A DNA stretch of 52,088 bases, filler included, from Basidiobolus ranarum (Eukaryota): NCBI GenBank assembly GCA_040143965.1. It is 3 parts of 3 records of this genome, joined end to end, with 100 filler letters (N's around TTAATTAATTAA, not from the genome) between each part and the next. Parts side by side here need not be neighbours in the genome. Positions count along the whole stretch, not along the records: positions 1 to 17,321 come from JASJQH010007183.1; 2 more parts are not named here. The stretch is one strand, 5' to 3'. Below the pieces are notes generated by a model. The model did no database searches. It saw only the letters and a list, made by a program, of their open reading frames with translations, and was not told where the DNA came from. The translations under genes and the position numbers were made by a program. Below, piece by piece: positions 1-11,915 of this stretch (the stretch's first letter is position 1; every line of letters starts with the position of its first letter).

Positions 1-1
1 C

Positions 2-235
2 GGCGGCGGGGGGGGTGGCGATGACTATGATGATGATGAATACGATGGACATGGTAATGGCGGAAGGGGAAAGAAATATGGTGGCGGTGGAAGTGGCGGT
101 GATTACGATGATGATTATGATGGGCACGGCGACGGCAGAGACTACAAGCATGGGAGAGGTAAGAAGTATGGTGGAGGTGGTGGTGGTGATGACTATGATG
201 GTAAAAAATACGGTGGTGGTCATGGTAAATATTAG
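2..235 (+). CDS. 3' end of a Gly/Asp/Tyr/Lys/His-rich repeat protein (5' truncated at the window/contig start)
   Basis: Frame starting at nt 2 reads GGGGGGDDYDDDEYDGHGNGGRGKKYGGGGSGGDYDDDYDGHGDGRDYKHGRGKKYGGGGGGDDYDGKKYGGGHGKY* (TAG 233-235). Synonymous Gly codon variation indicates coding, and AATAAA follows at 281. Confidence 0.85.
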   Translation, partial: GGGGGGDDYDDDEYDGHGNGGRGKKYGGGGSGGDYDDDYDGHGDGRDYKHGRGKKYGGGGGGDDYDGKKYGGGHGKY

Positions 236-1332
236 ATGAAATGCTACCCCTTAGATACCCACAGCCAACATTATTTTTAGAATAAATGTATTTCTATTAG
301 AAGTTTAGGCTGAATATGCGAAAACTATATTAGACGACATTTTATACGGTTCAAAGGGCCATAATAGAAACATATCAAGTCGCAGTATTTAAAACTTGTA
401 GTTGAAAAGTGGATTACTGAAATCGATCACTTAAATGGAAGTACAATACTACCTCAAAGTAAATTCCCAAGTAGAAGCTTTATAAGCACCCAACAATAGA
501 ATTCATTGGCTGGACTATGGAAAAGTAGCACTGGCCTCATTGACAAGCAATCTGACTTCCGATAGGACTCGTTATTTGGTTTGAAATACATGAGATGGTG
601 GTGATAGTCCAATATGACTTTATGCCATATTCAGACATAGTATAATCAATCTATAAGCAAGAATTTAATAGAGTACGCGCACTTTAAGTATAGTCTCGTG
701 AAATGCATAAATGTTGTTTGAAGTACTTTTAGATTTTGAGGTGTACCCATATGCTAGTGTATCCATATGCTCTCTTTGATGATTGAATTGATCGGTCAGT
801 GTGAGCATCAACTTCCATGGTTCAGAACGCTTCCATGAGTATGCCCACTATTGACCGTAAAAGAACTGGGTGAACGTACTTGTCACTTTAAACTATTGCT
901 TATATATATTCAGTTATGCAATCAAAGTATTCCGACACTGGGTAGAACAGACAGCATACTTGCTGACTCTTCACACTTTTGGTCCACTACTCAGTTCCTG
1001 CTTGTTCAGTCATTTCTCCAATGAGATTTATCCAAGAGCTATCAAATTAGTGTTTTACTAAAACAAGTTCAAGCGCCCAATGTTGCCTATTACGGATCGT
1101 TAGTCAGCTCCTCACAAATACAAATCAAGATCCAATGATATTGGGATGGTTAACTCAGTTTCAGAATGAGATATTTTGACTACAGCTCTTGGTCTAACGT
1201 AGCGAATTATAACAAGTGTCAAAGTAGAGGCCATAACAACTGAGTTTATACGGAATTTATTGTTAAAACTGGAATCCATATTACTCGTCTTGATTGTTGA
1301 ATATACAGGAATACTATTTTGTTTACCGCGAA

Positions 1333-2088
1333 TTAACGAGTTGTGTAACCACCATTGGCAAAAATTGTTTGGCCAGTGATCCACCAACCCTCGGTGGCCA
1401 AGAATTTGACAAGTGGAGCGATATCTTCAATCTTGGTTAGTTCGCCATTCATACTATTGGCCTTACTGTAGGCAATAGAATCGGCATTTTCCTCAGGGTA
1501 GAAGAATGGAGTATCCATAGGGCCCGGGGCGATGTTGGTTACGGAGATTCCACGACTCCCAAATTCTTTTGCGGCCGCACGAGTGAAATGCTCCACCGGG
1601 GCCTTGGAGCCAGCATAGATGGAATAAAATCCTGTGAATGCCGCGAGCAAGGCGGTTACAATGGTAATGATTTTTCCACCCTTATTTAGTCGTTTACCTG
1701 CTTCTTGAATGAAGAAGTAGGCAGACTTCGAGTTAACGGACATCATTTCATCATATTCCTCTTCACTTATCTCCACGATGGGTTTCTTTAAGACCTTTCC
1801 AACTGTATTTATGGCGATATCCACTCCGCCATACTGTTCGATGGCCACATCAAATAAGCGGACTACCTCAGAAACCTTAGTTAAATCACCCTGGAAGCCG
1901 AATGCTTCACCACCATTTTTTTTGATTTCAGTAATAGTGCTATCGGCATCCTTCTTGGCGCCTTCGCTGTGATAATGGACTATCACCTTAGCTCCTTGGG
2001 CCCCAAAGTCTCTGCTGATGAGACCTCCTAGATTTTTGGCACCTCCGGTGACGATGACTACCTTGTTCTTGAGTGAGCTATGAGACAT
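1333..2088 (-). CDS. Short-chain dehydrogenase/reductase (classical SDR, TGGAKNLGG subfamily), intronless, 251 aa
   Basis: Rossmann motif VIVTGGAKNLGG, catalytic YAGSK (YxxxK), NIAPGPMDT and WITGQTIFANGG C-terminus. ATG at 2088 (MSHSSLKNKVV) is about 60 bp below a TATATAAA at ~2144-2151. Confidence 0.93.
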   Translation of the reverse strand: MSHSSLKNKVVIVTGGAKNLGGLISRDFGAQGAKVIVHYHSEGAKKDADSTITEIKKNGGEAFGFQGDLTKVSEVVRLFDVAIEQYGGVDIAINTVGKVLKKPIVEISEEEYDEMMSVNSKSAYFFIQEAGKRLNKGGKIITIVTALLAAFTGFYSIYAGSKAPVEHFTRAAAKEFGSRGISVTNIAPGPMDTPFFYPEENADSIAYSKANSMNGELTKIEDIAPLVKFLATEGWWITGQTIFANGGYTTR

Positions 2089-4054
2089 GATTGAACTGGA
2101 TTGATGTTTAAAGCGGATATCTATTCCAGTTGAAGTAAGCACCTTTATATATAATTGTGCTATTACACCCACTGTATGACGATGTCGTATATTGCCAGGT
2201 CATTAAAGATGTTTTTAGTCAAGAGTAAGACTCGTTTCATCCTCCAAGACCAGACATAAGTCCAACATATGAAGCGAGAATATTTGCATAATCCCATTGT
2301 CTCAAAAGCTTAAGATTAAGCCATTTTTTTCTATTGCCTATTTCTAGATTCAGATTCAGATTCAGAAATAATCTAATACCGATTTGTGGGTTTTCGCAAA
2401 ACGATCATCCTCTTAGCGCTTAGGGACAGATGAATTGAGTTTGGCTGAGCATTTAGAGACATGGAGCCAATGGAACACTGAAAACGTGCAAAGCTAGGCC
2501 TATATTTACTAGGTCCTGAACACCAAACTAAAATGGTGTTGAACACGTAATCTGAACGCTACGTCAGATTCACAAAGCAATTATAAAGAAGAGCTAAATA
2601 AGACAAGTGCTACGGTCGATAACACCTTCAATGTATGGGTTGGCCTTTACCTTTTCAATTAGTAAGCAGTAGCTTATTCGCTCGCGCTAGGTACAATTCC
2701 ATACAGAATATGTGGATGACTAGAGAGATAGGTATAGCTGCTACGTTGAACTTATCTTTGTCACCGTCATGTCTTCCCAATACGACCAGGATTGGTGGTT
2801 TAATGGTGGTGAATGTGATCCAGTCATGGCGATATACTTTGAACACACCGAGATATTTGTTGTGGCGTAACATTGGTTCATCTAATCTTGATTCATCGAA
2901 GCGGGCGATGTGACTTTAATCAGGACTGTTGTATCTTGTATGCATGAAGCCAAGATTGGTGCTAGATCAGAATAACGTGGTTGAACTAGTTTCTCAAATA
3001 GGTATTTTTAATCGGTAAAATACCGGGGTAAATTACCTAGATTTCTTATTGGTTATTCTAGCCCTAACCCTAACTTTAACCTCACCAATATCCTCTACAC
3101 CCTCTGGCTGTGAATCAAGCAAGTCTCACTGCTTGACTTTTAAGTGTTCAGTAGGACATACTCTATCCCAAGAAGAGTGTTAACAAATATTCACACAACA
3201 CTGATAGATCCGTTGGTGTCTAGTAGTGGCAAGGAAAGCTGGGCCTAGAATACAGACACCATCACTCGATCATTCCCACATGTGTACAGAACTAAGCAAC
3301 AAAAAGTATAATAGAATAATCTATTACTGAAATGACCTGATATTGACTGAAATGGATGCAAATCGGCTCTAGAAAGCACGGATGACTTCATGGCATGTCT
3401 TATCATTTCATATACATTGGGTCAAGAGCAACTCCTTATTTCACTGTACACATTCGGTGCATACTTGAAGCTCATCTTATTCCAAGCATATATTTAATTG
3501 TACTCTTTCTTGGTTGCTCTTGAACCTACTAATTTAACTCTAATTTTAGAAACCCAAATTGATTATTGATTAAGCGCAAGTTTGTATTTATATATAGATT
3601 TGGGACAAATCAAAATCCGTAACCATCGGAGAAACAGGTACTTCGCTGCAAAAGCCAAACTATTGGACACTCCCCAACTATGACATCATAATGCGTTCAT
3701 AGTTTTTGAATTCAAAGACAGTCAATTACTAGGAGAAACCTGAATGCAAACGCTCGTGTTCGAGCCAACTATCATTTGATAGTTGAATCCTTTCTTCTGT
3801 ATTTCAGTGCTACAATTTAACTATCATACAAAAGTTATTCTTTTAAAGAATTTCCAATTTCAACTCATCATACTTCCTTTGAGTTCACTCTACTTCTTTC
3901 CTTTGTAGATCTTTTGTAGTATAATTCAGTTTAAACGGAGACTTCACACCAATAATTTATTGACTTCACCGAAGTATCTCTCTTGATTCTTTTTTATTTG
4001 AAATAAGCAAGTATACTTGTTTTCTTGCGTGAAACATATAGGAAGCACCATAGT

Positions 4055-7000
4055 ATGTCAACTGACTTTGTGCAATACCTCGGTGATGTCCTACTCTCAT
4101 CAAAGCAAGTTGATCCTAGTAAATACTATTATTCTTCCCAGAATAATCTATCGGAGCTGGAGAAACGTGTTCAAAAAGCGTTACAACAATTACTATACCG
4201 ACAATACTTCTTGGAGCAAGAGTTAAAAAAATGTCAGTATCATAACACTGATACTCACCACAGTGAACGTACCGAACGCTTTTCCTATTTACAATTAGAT
4301 ACCACGAAAGATCAACATAAACATGATGGATATCCTTATACAACCATAACTAGAGATGTTCGTATTCCAGAAGAAGGGAGTCCACTTCATACCGATTTAA
4401 ATGATAATCAAGATGTATCTAATTCATTAGAAATCTATCTATCTCAAGCAGTTTCTTGTTTACCAAATCATACCCACTCACAGAATCCCCAACACTCACC
4501 ATCCACTTGTACCTCGGCTTCTGCTTCGGGTGAAGAGTATGAGAGTGATACGGATCTTTCAAAGAATCTCCCTGAAAGTAGTTATCTAGATGAATATACC
4601 GATGTCATCTTAGCCATAACAAATGGGGATCTTTCAAAGAGAATACAATGTACTCCATCTACTGGACCCACTCAGACTTTAAAAGAAGCGATCAACGGTA
4701 TGGCCGAACAATTGGAAGAGCTAACATCAGTAACGAAGAAGTTAATTACTAAAGAAGAAGAGATTAATCGGAATGAATTACTCAACCAAGTAGAGAGCAA
4801 AGAGTGGCCTGGATCTTGGAAAGATATGATGATGAATATCCATTATTTATTCATCAGTCATTCAGAACAAGTTCAAGATATCGCTAATGTTTGTACTGCA
4901 GTTGCTTGTGGTGATCTATCCAAGAAAATCACCATAGATGCTAAGGGAGAAACTCTGATATTGAAGAATGCGATCAATACTATGGTCAATCAACTGAATT
5001 GTTTCGCTTCCGAAGTAACTCGGGTAACACATGAAGTGGGCACTGAAGGGAAACTTGGTGGATGTGCGGAGGTACCAGGTGCTAGTGGGACCTGGAAATT
5101 ATTAACCGATAATGTAAACTTAATGGCCTTGAATCTAACTGCTCAAGTAAGAGATATCTCCAGCGTCAACAAAGCGATTGCTCGTGGTGACTTATCGAAA
5201 AAAGTCACGGTAAATGTAAAAGGGGAAGTACTCGATCTAAAGAATACAATCAACATGATGATAGATAAATTACGGACGTTCGTGCATGAGGTAACTAGAG
5301 TTGCTTGTGAAGTGGGGATAAAAGGAAAGTTAGGTGGCCAAGCGGTTGTCGAGGATATTGATGGGTCGTGGAAAGACTTAATGGACAATGTCAATGCCAT
5401 GGTTTCCAACCTTTCTGCACAAGCAAGAGATGTCGCTTCGGTGAGTAAAGCCATCGCAGTAGGTGATCTATCGAAGAGGATAACTGTCGACGTTGGTGGA
5501 GAAATCAACGAACTCAAGGTTACTATTAACACCATGATCGACAAATTACAGACATTTGTATCGGAAATAACTAGAGTTACCCGTGAGGTCGGAACAGAGG
5601 GTAAACTAGGGGGCCAGGCCATCTCCATCAACGTGGAAGGAATATGGAAAGATTTGACTGAAAACGTCAACATGATGACCTGTAATGTTTCAAATCAAGT
5701 GCGAGATATCGCCAGTGTTAGCAAAGCTTTTGCCACTGGGGATCTTACCAAGAAAGTTTCGGTTAACGTTCAAGGAGAGATTCTCGATTTGAAACTTACC
5801 ATCAACACAATCATCGATCAAATTCGGACACTTTCCACCGAAGTCCACCGTGTAGTCAGAGAAATTGGTGTCGAAGGGAAACTCGGTGGGCAAGCCGTGG
5901 TTCAGAATGTCGGTGGTACATGGAAAGACTTAACTGATAATGTTAACATGATGGCATTGAACCTAACTGATCAGATTCGGGAAATCGCCTATGTTAGTAG
6001 AGCCATATCAGCAGGCGACCTCTCCAAGAAGGTGACCATTGATGTCAAAGGAGAAATGTCAGACTTGAAGAATAACATCAATACGATGGTGGATCAGCTA
6101 CAGACGTTTGGAACTGAGGTTACTAGAATGTCACTTGAAGTTGGCGCTGAGGGTAAACTGGGTGGACAAGCTGTAGTAAGTGATGTCTCCGGAATCTGGA
6201 GAGAGGTGACCTCCAGTGTCAATATTTTGGCAACGAGTTTGACGACCCAAGTCCGTTCGATTGCCGCTGTAACTTCCGCTGTTACAAGCGGAGACCTTTC
6301 TAAAAAAATCACTCTCGATGTAGATGGGGAATTAAATGAGCTCAAAACAACAGTTAACGCGATGGTTGATCAACTTCGTAATGTTGCCTCGGAGGTGAAA
6401 CGGGTTACCCATGAGATTGGTACTGAGGGAAAACTAGGTGGGCAAGCTATAGTTCAGGATGCTGAAGGGACTTGGAAAGAGCTAACTGAAAATGTGAACT
6501 CTATGGCCGCCAATGTGACCGACCAGGTTCGAGATATTACCAATGTTAGCAAAGCGGTAACACGCGGGGATTTGTCTAAGAAAATGACTGCAAACGTCGA
6601 CGGGGAAATACTGGACCTCAAGAACACTATTAACACGATGGTTGATCAACTTCATAACTTTGCTGTAGAGGTCAATCAAGTATCTATAGAGGCGGATGCA
6701 GACAGTGGCCTTGACGAGCAGGAGTTATCAAAGGATGTCGCAGATATTTGCAATTTATTTGCAGATGATGTCGAATCAATGGCTGCTAGTCTGATGTTCC
6801 AGGCAAGATCTGTTGCCGCTGTTGATAGTGGCGATTCTTACAAAAACAGCACTAATACTGAGAATGAAGCTCTAAAGCTGAAGATTTTTGCAAACACCAT
6901 GATCGAGCAACTGTGTACATTTACAGCTGATTTCACGGATCTCACCCGAGAAGCGGACATTAAGGTCCCTTCAGAAGGTCAAGTGATGACGAATGAAGTC

Positions 7001-8980
7001 TGTGGCAGTGTAAAAGAGCTTACGAACAGCACCAGTACAATTGTAGCGAATTCAGCATTCACACCTAGGAAGACTGATTATGGAGTTGAATCCGAAGTCA
7101 TTGCCGGCCTTAAGGACTCAATCAATGGTATGATGGATCAATTAAGGCGTTTCGTAGTGGAACTTGCCCCCTTAATTAATAAGATGGGTACTAAAGGAGA
7201 AATGAATGAACAAGTTTCATCCAAAGGCCGGGAAAACAGTTGGCATGAGATTGCTAGCAATATTCATACGATGGCAGGCAACATTGCTAAACGAGTGAGA
7301 GTTATAGGGGAGAGTTTCACCCCAACTATTAATGGTAATTACGCAAGTAAGATTACTGACAAAGGAGCAGGCAACTCAGATTCACTCGAAGCCAACATCA
7401 AGCAGATGGTATACAATGTCAGAGAGAATATTCGAAGAAATCTGGCGGCAAGAGAAACGGCAGAACTTGCCAATCGTTCAAAAAGCGACTTTTTAGCCAA
7501 CATGTCTCATGAAATCCGAACACCAATGAATGGTATCATTGGGATGACTGAGCTTGCGTTAGAAGCGGACTTGACTAGACAGCAAAGAGAGAATTTGACT
7601 ATTGTTAGTCAACTTGCAAACTCACTACTCACCCTTATTAACGATATCTTGGATATTTCCAAGATTGAAGCCGGCAAGCTACAAGTCGAACAAATTCCGT
7701 TCTCATTGAGAAATAATATCTTCAGCGTACTCAAAACACTAATTGCTAAGGCGGATCAGAAGAAGATAGATCTCATATATGACATCGATGAAGACGTACC
7801 AGATCAACTCATTGGAGATCCACTTCGACTTTGTCAAATCATCATCAACTTAGTAGCCAATGCAATCAAATTCACCGCTAAAGGGCATGTGTCACTCCAT
7901 GTCGCGGTCAAAAAGATTGATTTACACAATGCCACTTTGACATTCAACGTCAGCGACACCGGGATTGGAATTCAGCATGACAAGCTTGAGCTAATTTTTG
8001 ATTCATTTTCGCAGGCCGACGGGTCCACAGCTAGGGAGTTTGGAGGTTCTGGACTTGGGTTAGCGATCTCCAAGCAACTCGTTCGACTAATGGGTGGTGA
8101 GTTATGGGTGAAGAGTGTGTACGGCAAAGGAAGTAATTTTTACTTTACTGCGAAGTTTGCACTTGGCCATATGACCTTGGAGCAAATTGAACAGCGTATC
8201 ATTTCATTCAATAATAAGAAACTTCTACTTCTGAATGCCCGGGAGCACTCTGGAAGCCTCGTCGTATTCGAAATGCTACAGCAGCTTCAACTGAAACCAG
8301 TCAAAGTTACATCTGTGAAAGAAGCGCTGGATACATGTCGCCTGCTCAAATCCGCTTCCCCACCATTTGACGCGGTTATTGTTGACGAGCTTGCAAATGT
8401 GAAAGAAATCCGTCAAAACCCAAGCTATCGTAACATACCGGTAGTATTGTTAGCTACTGGAGAGCATAACAAACTAAAAATGAAAGATTGTATTGACATG
8501 CGGATTGCATCTTGTATGAAAGTCCCACTCAACATTCTGGAGTTGGCCAACGCGCTCACACCTGCCCTTGAACTTAATCCCCTTAGGAGCAACGAGATCA
8601 GCACCTCCAAAATGAAGATATTGCTAGCTGAAGACAACTTGGTGAATCAGAAGGTGGCGGTCAGAATATTGGAGAAGTACGGCCATGAAGTTACCATAGT
8701 GTCCAATGGGCTTCTTGCGGTAGAGGCAGTTGAAAGTACGAAATTCGATATAGTTTTGATGGATGTTCAAATGCCAATTATGGGCGGGTTTGAAGCCACT
8801 TCACGTATTCGGGACATGGAGAGAGTTTCTGGTGGACACATTCCTATCATTGCTTTAACTGCCCATGCAATGGTGGGAGATCGTGAGAAGTGCTTGTCTG
8901 CTGGAATGGACGAATATGTAACCAAACCACTTAGAATCGATGAACTAGTTGGCACCATCAACAAGTATTCTTGCGCTTAG
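4055..8980 (+). CDS. NIK1: Group III (Nik1/Os-1 type) poly-HAMP hybrid histidine kinase, intronless
   Basis: Tandem ~92-aa repeats (GDLSKK...[11 protein letters not shown]...[11 protein letters not shown]), H-box [19 protein letters not shown]-box LVANAIKF, G1 DTGIGI, G2 [10 protein letters not shown], a degenerate receiver, then an intact receiver ([23 protein letters not shown]). First ATG at 4055. Confidence 0.93.
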   Translation: MSTDFVQYLGDVLLSSKQVDPSKYYYSSQNNLSELEKRVQKALQQLLYRQYFLEQELKKCQYHNTDTHHSERTERFSYLQLDTTKDQHKHDGYPYTTITRDVRIPEEGSPLHTDLNDNQDVSNSLEIYLSQAVSCLPNHTHSQNPQHSPSTCTSASASGEEYESDTDLSKNLPESSYLDEYTDVILAITNGDLSKRIQCTPSTGPTQTLKEAINGMAEQLEELTSVTKKLITKEEEINRNELLNQVESKEWPGSWKDMMMNIHYLFISHSEQVQDIANVCTAVACGDLSKKITIDAKGETLILKNAINTMVNQLNCFASEVTRVTHEVGTEGKLGGCAEVPGASGTWKLLTDNVNLMALNLTAQVRDISSVNKAIARGDLSKKVTVNVKGEVLDLKNTINMMIDKLRTFVHEVTRVACEVGIKGKLGGQAVVEDIDGSWKDLMDNVNAMVSNLSAQARDVASVSKAIAVGDLSKRITVDVGGEINELKVTINTMIDKLQTFVSEITRVTREVGTEGKLGGQAISINVEGIWKDLTENVNMMTCNVSNQVRDIASVSKAFATGDLTKKVSVNVQGEILDLKLTINTIIDQIRTLSTEVHRVVREIGVEGKLGGQAVVQNVGGTWKDLTDNVNMMALNLTDQIREIAYVSRAISAGDLSKKVTIDVKGEMSDLKNNINTMVDQLQTFGTEVTRMSLEVGAEGKLGGQAVVSDVSGIWREVTSSVNILATSLTTQVRSIAAVTSAVTSGDLSKKITLDVDGELNELKTTVNAMVDQLRNVASEVKRVTHEIGTEGKLGGQAIVQDAEGTWKELTENVNSMAANVTDQVRDITNVSKAVTRGDLSKKMTANVDGEILDLKNTINTMVDQLHNFAVEVNQVSIEADADSGLDEQELSKDVADICNLFADDVESMAASLMFQARSVAAVDSGDSYKNSTNTENEALKLKIFANTMIEQLCTFTADFTDLTREADIKVPSEGQVMTNEVCGSVKELTNSTSTIVANSAFTPRKTDYGVESEVIAGLKDSINGMMDQLRRFVVELAPLINKMGTKGEMNEQVSSKGRENSWHEIASNIHTMAGNIAKRVRVIGESFTPTINGNYASKITDKGAGNSDSLEANIKQMVYNVRENIRRNLAARETAELANRSKSDFLANMSHEIRTPMNGIIGMTELALEADLTRQQRENLTIVSQLANSLLTLINDILDISKIEAGKLQVEQIPFSLRNNIFSVLKTLIAKADQKKIDLIYDIDEDVPDQLIGDPLRLCQIIINLVANAIKFTAKGHVSLHVAVKKIDLHNATLTFNVSDTGIGIQHDKLELIFDSFSQADGSTAREFGGSGLGLAISKQLVRLMGGELWVKSVYGKGSNFYFTAKFALGHMTLEQIEQRIISFNNKKLLLLNAREHSGSLVVFEMLQQLQLKPVKVTSVKEALDTCRLLKSASPPFDAVIVDELANVKEIRQNPSYRNIPVVLLATGEHNKLKMKDCIDMRIASCMKVPLNILELANALTPALELNPLRSNEISTSKMKILLAEDNLVNQKVAVRILEKYGHEVTIVSNGLLAVEAVESTKFDIVLMDVQMPIMGGFEATSRIRDMERVSGGHIPIIALTAHAMVGDREKCLSAGMDEYVTKPLRIDELVGTINKYSCA

Positions 8981-9300
8981 AAATCAATCAATACATTTTA
9001 TATCTTGTTTATACCTCTTTATACACTATACTGAATACCTCTCTTACTGAGTAAATCACAAATACTTGTACACTCTTCATGCACTCCTTAGTGTCTCAGT
9101 CCATTTGTAGCTGTATTTGAAATTCCCTATGTTTACATAAATTTTCCAAAGGATTGATTGAAAGTTGCCATCACTTCTTAAGAGACATGGGGAACAATAG
9201 CGTAAGACAGTTAACTGGTTTATTTGATGGTTAACACAAATATATTCATCAGTAGAAAGATATTATGAGACTAGATTCACCAGGTCAGTTCCTAGATCCG

Positions 9301-10917
9301 TTAACAGGCCCCCAAGTCTGACCAGACGTTTTGACTATTGTTTCCGGGCGTGTCGTTTTGTGTCCACCACTTCGCTTGCCAGAGGTGTCCATTGTAAGTG
9401 GCCTTTTGAGCTCCATTATATGCAATAGTAGATATCCAGCTAGCAACACCAGCGCAAACACCAGTTCCGGGCGTAGGTGTAGATCCATTAGTTGTAGTGG
9501 TAGATGGTTTGACAGTGGAAGTGGTAGATGTCTTTTGAGTGGTGGTGGAGACGGTGGTGGCTGTAGTAGCCACAGTAGTAGTAGGTGGCTGAGTAGTATC
9601 TGGTTGACGAATGCCTTGAACAGCATTCAATAATTCGTCGTTAGAGTCATTGGTCATATCCCAATACATCACTCCACGGTATCCTTGTTGCTTAACATAA
9701 TCTGCCTTGACTTTCAGAGATTGAGGATCATCGTAGGAAATATACATCTTGTTACTTGCACCGAATAACCAAGGAGTTTGTGTAGTGTTGTCCCAGTAGC
9801 GATTCCAACCAGCGATAGGACTGGAAGGGCCATTCTTAAGGATTTCACTACGAAGATATTTCCATGCCCAAAGTCCACCATAAACCGATCCTTCATTACA
9901 AAATGCATTTGGCTCATTGGAATCGGCTGGATCACCCTTTGGTACCGTAGGCTGCTTAGAAACATACTGGTTAGAAGGATCAGCATTCATGTCTACTGAA
10001 GCACTCAACGATCTCCCGTAGAATGGTAGGCCCATGACGAGTTTGTTTGCTGGCCATTTGGCATTTAACCAAGCTTTCGACGATTGTTTGAAAGAGAATG
10101 GATCCCCACCCTTTTTATCGTAATCAAATGGTGCATTGGGCCCGGTAGTAACTGACCAATCTCCATTGATATCATAAGCCATAACATTGATAAAATCAAA
10201 GTATGGTGCAAATGCTGAGACGTCCTTCAGCGGACCATTGGGCCCATCGAAAGGCTGGACTCTGACCGCGGCCGTAATAAGCTTGTGTTCATTGGGAAAT
10301 TCCTTGTCCAGAGCTGCGCGAAGCTCCTTTAGAAGGCTCAAATAATTGGCAGTGTCGGCTGCGTCGTATACATTGCAAACTGCCCCTTCTCTGGCTGGAT
10401 ACTCCCAGTCAATATCGATGCCGTCCAAATCCCATCCGTCTGGGACTTCACCATCTGCCTTTGTGTTCTTGCGAACAAACACAAGGGCGTTGTTGATGAA
10501 TTTTTGGCGAAGAAGGGCATCACGAGCTACAAGTGAAAACGTCTGACTTCCTGTCCAACCACCGATTGAAATTTGAACTTTGACCCCTTTAGCCTTTGCC
10601 AATTGCTTTAGCTGGCGGATAGCATCACCGTCATAATCGGGATCAATGAAGATGTTTGCTGGATCATCTTTTTTGGTCAACACACCGAAACCTTTAAATA
10701 TGAAACTTTGTTAGTTAAAGGTTGGACTCCGTGGATCTAAATGGGATAGCCTACCATAGTTGATATGAGTGACCTTATCGTAACTGAGCTGACTAGGCTG
10801 GACATTTCCCCAAGGAACATAATAACCAACGATAACTTTATCGTCAGCAGCAAGAGCTGATGGGGCCAAGGCAATGGCGGCTGAAAGAGCAGAAAGGAGA
10901 AACACGGTGATCTTCAT
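9301..10917 (-). CDS. Secreted GH18 chitinase with Thr-rich linker and C-terminal CBM5/12 chitin-binding domain; exons 10755-10917 and 9301-10691
   Basis: Signal peptide MKITVFLLSALSAAIALAPSALA and VIVGYY. Intron 10692-10754 (GTAGGC...CTAAC...AAG) joins THINYG to FGVL. Catalytic DGIDIDWEYP, MAYD, GLPFYG, SYDD, MYWD; tail YNGHLWQAKWWTQ is CBM5/12-like. Confidence 0.95.
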
Positions 10918-11915
10918 GGTACTTGTTGAGAGATGGTTTGTCTGCAGTAACATTTTATACTTTCGTTCGGACTACCGCACATGTATCTATCACCTTGTAG
11001 GTGACATAGCCATAGAGTCAGTAATGAACAAATCATCTTGTACAAGCATACCTGCTAACCACACCACCAACCCATCAAACAAGATTGTCCTTGATTTTAG
11101 TAATCATCGTTCATGGTCTATTTAACCAAAGTAAGGTGAATACTTGCTTATCTATCAGGTACATTTGAAGATCTTAGTTACTACTAGGACCGAACTAGTT
11201 TAAAACTAGCTCGGAAGTAATTACTCCGAATTTGGTATTCTAACGAGTGGTTGATCTCAGAGAACATTAACTGGAGGTAGTCAACAAACTATAATAGCAA
11301 GGCGGATGTTTAAATTAGGTACTTCCTTAAATACCCACTACCCACCATCTACTTATCCATACACAATTGATGATCAAGCTAAGGTGAATCACTAACCGTA
11401 AGAAGGATACTCCCTCAATACCCAATCCAGTAACCTCCCATAAGAGATCAGTTCGTGATCGAAATTTCTCCGAGGTTGGCCTAGATCTGGAAAATAGATC
11501 AACAGTCGATTAAATTTTCATGGGTTAGCCAATACACTATTGAGGAAGTAATTAATCGAGACCGTCTTTAATCATCCGCTTTGATTAAATCCATGTTGGA
11601 AGTATAATTTGCTGTGGCTGTTTGGTTCTGGAATTCTAAACCCTTATTAAAATCCTTATTAGCTTGTGGCAAGCGTTCCTTCTCAACCCACCAATAGATC
11701 AAGGAATGGCCCCAATTAAGGTAGTTAGATAAAGTTGGAAAAGGGAATGGGCTAAACTGTATATAAAGTTCGACATCCTTGCACATTTGCCATCTATACT
11801 TGCCTTTTGGCTCCCCTCCTGTCCCTATTTTGTTTCTCCTTTTACTTAGTCTCTATTCTGTTTTTCCTTTTACTTGTTTCTCTTCATTTCTTTTCTAATA
11901 TAGCTCCACCCTATT

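Noticed and set aside
15..239. ORF-track 74-aa Met/Val-rich ORF
   Set aside because: Off-frame shadow of the Gly/Asp/Tyr repeat CDS in the frame starting at nt 2.
2580..2913. Short ORFs and possible exon-like segments between the SDR and the kinase
   Set aside because: No recognisable domain, and in-frame stops in the most plausible spliced reading.
5143..6679. Several antisense ORFs inside the histidine kinase (and similar ones in the chitinase, RPL43, TMEM198-like and deacetylase genes)
   Set aside because: Shadows of the real CDS on the opposite strand, with no independent motifs.
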